In this document: positions 38,403-50,400 of the stretch, in pieces
How positions within the stretch are numbered: the first letter of the stretch is position 1
How the letters are laid out: the number at the start of each line of letters is the position of its first letter
Source: Nemertoderma westbladi
Lineage: Eukaryota; Animalia; Xenacoelomorpha
Length of the DNA: 53,808 nt
Reading direction: 5' to 3'
Assembly (NCBI GenBank): GCA_032718475.1
Contig: JAUCBJ010004003.1
Coordinates: forward strand, 1-53,808
The notes under the pieces: generated by a model
Seen by the model: the letters and a program-made list of their open reading frames with translations, nothing else
Told to the model about the DNA's origin: nothing
Database searches by the model: none
Program-made: the position numbers and the translations under genes

Positions 38403-41400
38403 CTAATCAAAAAAAGGTACTGATTAGAAATTATATACAAAACAACTAGTATAGTTATCGGGACTAAACGTACGTCGCATGACATTGAGTAACTTTATTT
38501 TTTAATTTATTAAATCCAGGGCAGTCGGACGGAAAGCCAATAAAAAAAAAAGGACAGTAACACTTACAGTACAAGAATAAGTAGGAATACAGTATAGGTA
38601 TAGAAACAATCATTGGTAAAGACAGTTTGTTGGGTCATAACAGTTATACAATAACAGTTATATAATTAAATCATCAACAGCAAAGTCTATAGATTCGGAT
38701 ATGAATCACTTTATGGAGGTTGAGAGTAACTCTATACTCACAACGTTCTCCTGCAGATAAGTACAATGTACGTAAAATGTTGATTCCAATATTAATTAAT
38801 TAATAATCATGAAAATGTCTTTATTAATTCGTTTAATTTAATGTAATTTTTTACGTTGTTGATATGATGGAAGCAGTAGCACAGCCCATGAAATTAAATT
38901 ATTATTTGTAACAACAAAAGTTTCATCTCTATTGCGTAGATACACACCACATACATTAACAAAATATTCCAGAACGTTGTGGAATTATTACATAGAATAA
39001 ATGGACTCCAATCATATTGTAATCATTGAACACCCGGGGGGGGGGTCCGTGTCATTATAAATTTACACTATATTACGAGTCACCGTATATATTTAGTTAC
39101 ATTATGTCAACTTATCAGCGTTCTGGTGAATTACTCGTAACGCTGTAAGGTACCACTTTGCAGCGTTCCGGCATAACGGAATGCTGCAAAGTAATCAATA
39201 ACATAAGGGATATCTTTCGTCATGGGGGTGGGAATATCGAAAGAACCTTAACCGATTCTTGAGTGCTTCCCTAGTAGAATGTCTACCTCCCTTCGCACTA
39301 CTAATCTACAGATTTCGTTCAGGGAACCTGCTGTCGACAATTCGTACCAGTCGAGGATGTGTAGTAGACCCCGGAGCAGTGTCATCCAATAAGAAGGTTC
39401 AGCTTGACTTTGTGATGTAAGTATATTGATAACCAGTTAATAACTACTATTCTCACCAATATTAAGTTATTGTACGTACGGTGCGAATAACGTAAACACC
39501 AATAAGATACAATTTAAAGTCATATGAGAGTAATAGGAAGAGTTATAGAGATGTGACATTTAATGTAGATTGTAGAAATGCACCGACTGAACGGACACAG
39601 ACGATGACTGATGTCGACCAAGGTCAAGATGGATCAAATATTTCACATCCATGCAGGAGATAACAACAACAATAAAGTTTAATTAGATATAAATGTATAA
39701 TTAATACTGTGTACCTGTTAATAAATTTCACTTAAATATTCGAAATAGTTCATGATTAAAATGTTTAAATGAGCATCCATAAAATCCTTTCTTCACATAA
39801 CCGAACGATGATAAGTTGACATAATGTAAGCACTTTTCAGCGTTAAAGACCCTGTTTATTTATGTAAACCACCCTCGATGCGCTCGCTCGGAACATAAAT
39901 AAACTCTGGTTATAACGCTGCAAAGTTCTACTTTGCACACAATGATGTATATATATAGTTATTGTATTCCATTGGTCAGCCTGTTTGCTTCATTATCCCT
40001 TATTCAAATTTAATCTCAATTCTCAAGTTTAAACATCTTGTGTCGCTGTAGATATACAACTTCCAGAAAAATGCAATACAATTCTAGAATAATCCGTAAA
40101 TAACTAAAGCGTAAAGTTTAATTGTAGTGTAAGATGGGCGTTTGTGTAACTCTACTTAGTGTTTGTAATTTAATGTGCTGGAATTTTGTAAATACCGACT
40201 AATAATATCATCGTTAGTTCCGCTGGGCCATGCCAGTTTACCTAAATAACGAAACCAGCATCAATCTATTACACTGAGGGGATAGGTTGGATAAGTACAT
40301 TGTGGTGAACACAGGATAACGCAGTTTACTACACGTTCGGAAAGGTACTTTTAACTAGAATCGGTAATTTACGGTTTACAGAGGGTGGAACAGGGTGGTA
40401 AACATGATTATTGATATATTTTTAATAAAAAATAATAGTAATAAATTTAAAAAATTAATATTTTCCATGTATTATTTACATAATAAAAAAACATTTAACA
40501 TATTAATAATAAATTTATTCTGATGGTTTTGAAACACCAGCTACCACTACCGGTAAAATAGTAGCTAATATAAAAGTTGAGCTATAAATATCGTATCATG
40601 GCAATTTTTGCTGATTATGTAATTTAACCGAATAAATAAATTTCGAATGTGAGATTAGATTTTCGTTTGGATTTTATCCTGTGTTCGGTACTAGTGTGTT
40701 CTACATAAATATTCGTCGGTCAGAAAATATGGCGGAAAAGAAGCATAAAGGTAAAAGTAAAGAGTTGAAAGACTTCCTATGGTCGGGAAGCAAAGAAGGT
40801 AGGCCTAGGTTGCGAAGCATAATCGGAGACCAAATATCGGAGGTACGGCAGACGCAGACCTATCAGAACGCCACGAAAGTATTAAAAACCGTGAAAAAAT
40901 TTGTGCGTAAGAAAATTGGCAGCAATCAGAGCGTTGCGATCTCAAATCAGGTATACGAAGATGATAACATTATGAGTAATGGGCATGATGCAAGGGGACA
41001 ACAAGCTAATGGAAGTGCTGCAGGTCACACCGCAGCAGGAAGAGATAGAACAAATTCCCAAGGTCACACCGCAGTAGGAAGAGATAGAACAAATTCCCAA
41101 GGTCACACCGCAGTAGGACACGAAAAGTTTGTGGGTAGAGAAATAGGCAGCAATCAGAGTGATGAGTACTCAAATCAGGAAAACGAAGAACCAATTTTTA
41201 TGACAAGGGCAGATGTTCCTTCTAATAAGTATGATGCAAGGAGAGCACAAGCTAATGGAAGTGCTGCAGGTCACACCGCAGCAGGAAGAGATAGAACAAA
41301 TTCCCAAGGTCACACCGCAGTAGGACACGAAAAGTTTGTGGGTAGAGAAATAGGCAGCAATCAGAGTGATGAGTACTCAAATCAGGAAAACCAAGAACCA

Positions 41401-44400
41401 ATTTTTATGGAAATTTCAGATGTTCCTCCTAATCACTATGATGCAAGGAGAGCACAAGCTTATGGAAGTGCTGCAGGTCACACCGCAGCAGGAAGAGATA
41501 GAACAAATTCCCAAGGTCACACCGCAGTAGGACACGAAAAGTTTGTGGGTAGAGAAATAGGCAGCAATCAGAGTGATGAGTACTCAAATCAGGAAAACCA
41601 AGAACCAATTTTTATGGAAATTTCAGATGTTCCTCCTAATCACTATGATGCAAGGAGAGCACAAGCTAATGGAAGTGCTGCAGGTCACACCGCAGCAAGA
41701 AGAAATAGAACAAATTCCCAAGGTCACACCGTAGTAGGAAGAGATAGAACGAATTCCCAAGGTCACACCGCAGTAGGACACGAAAAGTTTGTGGGTAGAG
41801 AAATAGGCAGCAATCAGAGTGATGAGTACTCAAATCAGGAAAACCAAGAACCAATTTTTATGGAAATTTCAGATGTTCCTCCTAATCGGTATGATGCAAG
41901 GAGAGCACAAGCTAATGGAAGTGCTGCAGGTCACACCGCAGCAAGAAGAAATAGAACAAATTCCCAAGGTCACACCGTAGTAGGAAGAGATAGAACGAAT
42001 TCCCAAGGTCACATCGCAGTAGGACACGAAAAGTTTGTGGGTAGAGAAATAGGCAGCAATCAGAGTGATGAGTACTCAAATCAGGAAAACCAAGAACCAA
42101 TTTTTATGGAAATTTCAGATGTTCCTCCTAATCGGTATGATGCAAGGAGAGCACAAGCTAATGGAAGTGCTGCAGGTCACACCGCAGCAAGAAGAAATAG
42201 AACAAATTCCCAAGGTCACACCGTAGTAGGAAGAGATAGAACAAATTCCCAAGGTCACACCGTAGTAGGAAGAGATAGAACAAATTCCCAAGGTCACACC
42301 GCAGTAGGACACGAAAAGTTTGTGGGTAGAGAAATAGGCAGCAATCAGAGTGATGAGTACTCAAATCAGGAAAACCAAGAACCAATTTTTATGGAAATTT
42401 CAGATGTTCCTCCTAATCGGTATGATGCAAGGAGAGCACAAGCTAATGGAAGTGCTGCAGGTCACACCGCAGTAGGAAGGGATATAATAAATTCCCAAGG
42501 TCACACCGCAGTAGGACACGAAAAGTTTGTGGGTAGAGAAATAGGCAGCAATCAGAGTGATGAGTACTCAAATCAGGAAAACGAAGAACCAATTTTTATG
42601 GAAATTTCAGATGTTCCTCCTAATCGGTATGATGCAAGGAGAGCACAAGCTAATGGAAGTGCTGCAGGTCACACCGCAGCAGGAAGAGATAGAACAAATT
42701 CCCAAGGTCACACCGCAGTAGGACACGAAAAGTTTGTGGGTAGAGAAATAGGCAGCAATCAGAGTGATGAGTACTCAAATCGGGAAAACGAAGAACCAAT
42801 TTTTATGGAAATTTCAGATGTTCCTCCTAATCACTATGATGCAAGGAGAGCACAAGCTAATGGAAGTGCTGCAGGTCACACCGCAGCAGGAAGAGATAGA
42901 ACAAATTCCCAAGGTCACACCGTAGTAGGAAGAGATAGAAAAAATTCCCAAGGTCACACCGCAGTAGGAAGATATAGAACAAATTCCCAAGGTCACACCG
43001 TAGTAGGAAGAGATAGAACAAATTCCCAAGGTCACACCGCAGTAGGACACGAAAAGTTTGTGGGTAGAGAAATAGGCAGCAATCAGAGTGATGAGTACTC
43101 AAATCAGGAAAACGAAGAACCAATTTTTATGGAAATTTCAGATGTTCCTCCTAATCACTATGATGCAAGGAGAGCACAAGCTAATGGAAGTGCTGCAGGT
43201 CACTCCGCAGCAAGAAGAGATAGAACAAATTCCCAAGGTCACACCGCAGTAGGAAGAGATAGAACAAATTCCCAAGGTCACACCGCAGTAGGACACGAAA
43301 AGTTTGTGGGTAGAGAAATAGGCAGCAATCAGAGTGATGAGTACTCAAATCGGGAAAACCAAGAACCAATTTTTATGGAAATTTCAGATGTTCCTCCTAA
43401 TCGGTATGATGCAAGGAGAGCACAAGCTAATGGAAGTGCTGCAGGTCACACCGCAGCAGGAAGAGATAGAACAAATTCCCAAGGTCACACCGCAGTAGGA
43501 AGAGATAGAACAAATTCCCAAGGTCACACCGCAGTAGGACACGAAAAGTTTGTGGGTAGAGTAATAGGCAGCAATCAGCCTGATACGTCCTCTGACGACG
43601 ATGAGGTCGATGAATCTTTTATGGAAATTTCAGATGCTCCTCCTAATCAGTATGATGCAAGGAGAGCACAAGCAAATGGAAGTGCTTCAGGTCACACCAG
43701 AGCGGGAAGAGAGACAACAAGTGTTAAAGGTCACACCATGCGACACACAAAGAAACCGGACAGCAATGAAACAATCGACGATACATATACCACAGTTTTT
43801 GATAAAGATGAAAGAGGGAAACTAGGGAAACAGCCAGAGCCTAAACGGTATATGGCTTTAACAAGTTCCGATGATAGTGATTAAAGTTCCACCCCTACGG
43901 GTTCCGTCAATAAAACCATAGAATGATACCCAAAATCATAAACCTAACCTACCTTATAGTTATTGGGCTGAAAGGTGCGGCACCGTTGATTCATTGCTGT
44001 CATTATTAATTCCACAGAATTTAATTTATAAACTAACACTGTATAGTATAGTATTAGTATAGTGTTTGTATAGTATTAACGCTATTTATATGACATAATA
44101 TTATTTCGTTTTCAGCTCAAATATAATCAAATATAGCGCCTATTGTTGCAACAATTTAACATCCATACATATATTTCTAATTACAACGTGTATTTACATC
44201 CACTCACAATATATTTTTCAGACCATCCACTCACTATATATTTTTCAGACCATCCACTCACTATATATTTTTCAGACCATCCACTCACTATATATTTTTC
44301 AGACCATCCACTCACTATATATTTTTCAGACCATCCACTCACTATATATTTTTCAGACCATCCACTCACTATATATTTTTCAGACCATCCACTCACAATA

Positions 44401-47400
44401 TATTTTTCAGACCATCCACTCACTATATATTTTTCAGACCATCCACTCACTATATATTTTTCAGACCATCCACTCACTATATATTTTTCAGACCATCCAC
44501 TCACTATATATTTTTCAGACCATCCACTCACTATATATTTTTCAGACCATCCACTCACTATATATTTTTCAGACCATCCACTCACTATATATTTTTCAGA
44601 CCATCCACTCACTATATATTTTTCAGACCATCCACTCACTATATATTTTTCAGACCATCCACTCACTATATATTTTTCAGACCATCCACTCACTATATAT
44701 TTTTCAGACCATCCACTCACTATATATTTTTCAGACCATCCACTCACTATATATTTTTCAGACCATCCACTCACTATATATTTTTCAGACCATCCACTCA
44801 CTATATATTTTTCAGACCATCCACTCACTATATATTTTTCAGACCATCCACTCACTATATATTTTTCAGACCATCCACTCACTATATATTTTTCAGACCA
44901 TCCACTCACTATATATTTTTCAGACCATCCACTCACTATATATTTTTCAGACCATCCACTCACTATATATTTTTCAGACCATCCACTCACTATATATTTT
45001 TCAGACCATCCACTCACTATATATTTTTCAGACCATCCACTCACTATATATTTTTCAGACCATCCACTCACTATAGATTTTTCAGACCATCCACTCACCA
45101 TATATTTTTCAGACCATCCACTCACCATATATTTTTCAGACCATCCACTCACAATATATTTTTCAGACCATCCACTCACCATATATTTTTCAGACCATCC
45201 ACTCACCATATATTTTTCAGACCATCCACTCACAATATATTTTTCAGACCATCCACTCACTATATATTTTTCAGACCATCCACTCACTATATATTTTTCA
45301 GACCATCCACTCACTATATATTTTTCAGACCATCCACTCACAATATATTTTTCAGACCATCCACTCACCATATATTTTTCAGACCATCCACTCACAATAT
45401 ATTTTTCAGACCATCCACTCACCATATATTTTTCAGACCATCCACTCACCATATATTTTTCAGACCATCCACTCACAATATATTTTTCAGACCATCCACT
45501 CACTATATATTTTTCAGACCATCCACTCACTATATATTTTTCAGACCATCCACTCACTATATATTTTTCAGACCATCCACTCACTATATATTTTTCAGAC
45601 CATCCACTCACTATATATTTTTCAGACCATCCACTCACTATATATTTTTCAGACCATCCACTCACTATATATTTTTCAGACCATCCACTCACTATATATT
45701 TTTCAGACCATCCACTCACTATATATTTTTCAGACCATCCACTCACTATATATTTTTCAGACCATCCACTCACTATATATTTTTCAGACCATCCACTCAC
45801 TATATATTTTTCAGACCATCCACTCACTATATATTTTTCAGACCATCCACTCACTATAGATTTTTCAGACCATCCACTCACCATATATTTTTCAGACCAT
45901 CCACTCACCATATATTTTTCAGACCATCCACTCACAATATATTTTTCAGACCATCCACTCACCATATATTTTTCAGACCATCCACTCACCATATATTTTT
46001 CAGACCATCCACTCACAATATATTTTTCAGACCATCCACTCACTATATATTTTTCAGACCATCCACTCACTATATATTTTTCAGACCATCCACTCACTAT
46101 ATATTTTTCAGACCATCCACTCACTATATATTTTTCAGACCATCCACTCACTATATATTTTTCAGACCATCCACTCACTATATATTTTTCAGACCATCCA
46201 CTCACTATATATTTTTCAGACCATCCACTCACTATATATTTTTCAGACCATCCACTCACTATATATTTTTCAGACCATCCACTCACTATATATTTTTCAG
46301 ACCATCCACTCACTATATATTTTTCAGACCATCCACTCACTATATATTTTTCAGACCATCCACTCACTATATATTTTTCAGACCATCCACTCACTATATA
46401 TTTTTCAGACCATCCACTCACTATATATTTTTCAGACCATCCACTCACTATATATTTTTCAGACCATCCACTCACCATATATTTTTCAGACCATCCACTC
46501 ACCATATATTTTTCAGACCATCCACTCACTATATATTTTTCAGACCATCCACTCACTATATATTTTTCAGACCATCCACTCACTATATATTTTTCAGACC
46601 ATCCACTCACTATATATTTTTCAGACCATCCACTCACTATATATTTTTCAGACCATCCACTCACCGTATATTCTTCAGACCATCCACTCACTATATATTT
46701 TTCAGACCATCCACTCACTATATATTTTTCAGACCATCCACTCACCGTATATTCTTCAGACCATCCACTCACTATATATTTTTCAGACCATCCACTCACT
46801 ATATATTTTTCAGACCATCCACTCACTATATATTTTTCAGACCATCCACTCACTATATATTTTTCAGACCATCCACTCACCGTATATTCTTCAGACCATC
46901 CACTCACCATATATTTTTCAGACCATCCAATCACTATATATTTTTCAGACCATCCACTCACCATATATTTTTCAGACCATCCACTCACTATATATTTTTC
47001 AGACCATCCACTCACTATATATTTTTCAGACCATCCACTCACTATATATTTTTCAGACCATCCACTCACTATATATTTTTCAGACCATCCACTCACTATA
47101 TATTTTTCAGACCATCCACTCACTATATATTTTTCAGACCATCCACTCACTATATATTTTTCAGACCATCCACTCACTATATATTTTTCAGACCATCCAT
47201 TCACTATATATTTTTCAGACCATCCACTCACTATATATTTTTCAGACCATCCACTCACTATATATTTTTCAGACCATCCACTCACCGTATATTCTTCAGA
47301 CCATCCACTCACCATATATTTTTCAGACCATCCAATCACTATATATTTTTCAGACCATCCACTCACCATATATTTTTCAGACCATCCACTCACTATATAT

Positions 47401-50400
47401 TTTTCAGACCATCCACTCACTATATATTTTTCAGACCATCCAATCACTATATATTTTTCAGACCATCCACTCACTATATATTTTTCAAACCATCCACTCA
47501 CTATATATTTTTCAGACATATATCTCCACTTTATTGCTACTTACCACCTAGATTTATCATCGAGGGGTTGTCGGTCCAAAAAGACCAGTGTCTGTCCCAC
47601 GAAGTCTTTGTATCCATGTCGATCGTGATCCCACACGGAGACCCCTAGCTGTCTGTGTGGGAACTCCCTGGGAGACACCGAGTATACAAACGATTGGTTC
47701 CATTGTGGGTGGCTGGTTTGGGATACTGTCTTGGTCCGTCGTTCACTCCGCTCACTAAAAATAATAACAAAATATATTTAGAAATAGGGCCGCACTATGG
47801 TGTAATGGCGGACGATACTGAACCGCACTATGGTGTAATGGCGGACGATACTGAACCGCACTATGGTGTAATGGCGGACGATACTGAACCGCACTATGGT
47901 GTAATGGCGGACGATACTGAAACAGAGCCGCCCCCAAATCCCATAGTCAGTCGATATCAAATCAATCGGTCAGTCGCCCGTGGTAGTTTGAGTTGGGTTG
48001 GCGGCCGCACCAGCACGATCACAATCGCATTTAACATGTAGTACACATGTCCTGGAATATAGTGTCGTAATTTAGTGACATGCCCCCCTACCCCTCCAAA
48101 TTTTTCTACAAATCTTAGAGATAGCCTGAAATTTTAAACGGAGATAGTTTCACCTCCCGACCACTGACTGGGTGAGCCAGAATGTTTATTTTAGCTTTCA
48201 ATATTTAGCTACAAGCGTTGGAAAAAAGTGTCTCTGACGATATTGCACCAGTTACACTGCAGTTATTTTTCAACCTTATAGTGATTTGGAAATTTTTTGT
48301 GAAATTTAAAACGGTTTTCAGATTAGGAATCTGTAGATGAAGGCGGTTATAATGATTTCTAGATTACATTTCAAAGACGAAAAATAAAGCCGACGGAGAT
48401 GGTTAAATATTGCGAAATAGACGATTTTTAACGGCTTCTTGTATCGAAATAGCCCAGAAATTGAAAAATCCGGCCAGGCCACCAGTAAGAAAATTTGTCG
48501 AACTATCATCATACTAAATTTCGTAGCATTTTATTGAAATTTGAAAAAGTTAGGGGGGGGGGGGGGGGGGGTTAGTACATGTGCCGTACATGTGCCAACA
48601 AAAATTTATATTAGACCTTTTATCAAACATTTAAATAACGCGACCAGTGGCGTATGTCCGGATAATAAATGAGTATACAATAGCAGCTGACATACCTTGT
48701 GTCAGGCAAGAGGAATAATTTAACGTAGGGATTACGGGACCCGTTGTTATTACGTAACAACAAATCCACCGCTTGGAGAATAGTAACCACCAACTGCTCT
48801 TTGTTACTGCTGTACCACAGACGAATCTGTAAAACGTATTAAAATTTTAACAATATTAGAATAGTTACTGCTCTACCACAAACAAAGCAATCTGTAAATA
48901 TATAAATATTGGCTGACTGTGATTTAGCTGACCGATTTAGCTGGCTGTATCTGTCCCACCATTACCCACCATCCCACCATGTTCCTACCTATATCTGCAA
49001 CACCATGTCCTGTATCTGTCCCACCATGCCCCTACCTGTATCTGCAACACCATGTCCCTACCTGTATATGTCCCACCATGCTCCTACCTGTATCTGTCCC
49101 ACCATACCCCTACCTGTATCTGTCCCACCATGCTCCTACCTATATCTGTCCCACCATGCCCCTACCTGTATCTGTCCCACCATACCCCTACCTGTATCTG
49201 TCCCACCATGCTCCTACCTGTATCTGTCCCACCATGCCCCTACCTATATATGTCCCACCATGCCCCTACCTGTATCTGTCCCACCATACCCCTACCTGTA
49301 TCTGTCCCACCATGCTCCTACCTGTATCTGTCCCACCATACCCCTACCTGTATCTGTCCCACCATGCTCCTACCTATATCTGTCCCACCATGCCCCTACC
49401 TGTATCTGTCCCACCATGCTCCTACCTATATCTGTCCCACCATGCCCCTACCTGTATCTGTCCCACCATACCCCTACCTGTATCTGTCCCACCATGCTCC
49501 TACCTATATCTGTCCCACCATGCCCCTACCTGTATCTGTCCCACCATGCTCCTACCTGTATCTGTCCCACCATGCTCCTACCTGTATCTGTCCCACCATG
49601 CCCATACCTGTATCTGTCCCACCATGTCCCTACCTGTATCTGTCCCACCATACCCCTACCTGTATCTGTCCCACCATGCTCCTACCTGTATCTGTCCCAC
49701 CATGCCCCTACCTGTATCTGTCCCATCATGTCCCTCCCTACCTGTGTATCTGTCCCACATTGTCCCTATCTGTACCTGTCCCATCATGCCCCTACCTGTA
49801 TCTGTCCCACCATGACCCTCCCTACCTGTATATGTCCCACCATGCCCCTACCTCTATCTGTCCCACCATGTCCCTCCCTACCTGTGTATCTGTGCCATAT
49901 TGTCCCTACCTGTACCTGTCCCATCATGCCCCTACCTGTATCTGACCCACCATGACCCTCCCTACCTGTGTATCTGTCCCACCATGCTCCTACCTGTATC
50001 TGTCCCACCATGACACTCCCTACCTGTGTATCTGTCCCACCATGCTCCTACCTGTATCTGTCCCACCATGCTCCTACCTGAATCCGTCCCACCAAGCCCC
50101 TACCTATATCTGTCCCATCATGTCCCTACCTGTATATGTCCCACCATGTCCCTACCTGTATCTGTCCCTCCATACCCCTACCTGTATCTGTCCCACCATG
50201 CCCCTACCTGTATATGTCCCATCATGTCCCTACCTGTATATGTCCCACCATGACCCTACCTGTATCTGTCCAACCATGTCCCTCCCTACCTGTGTATCTG
50301 TCCCACCTTGTCCCTACCTGTACCTGTCCCATCATGCCCCTACCTGTATCTGTCCCACCATGACCCCCACTACCTGTGTATCTGCCCCACCATTCTCCTA

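Noticed and set aside
44143-47628. 1161-aa (+) and 1112-aa (-) ORFs
   Set aside because: Artefacts of a 27-bp satellite with a stop-free frame on each strand; they lie in a RIM intron and have no meaningful unique coding ends.
47790-47921. tRNA or SINE, because TGGTGTAATGG resembles a Pol III A box
   Set aside because: No B box, cloverleaf or terminator; it is only a 33-bp tandem repeat.
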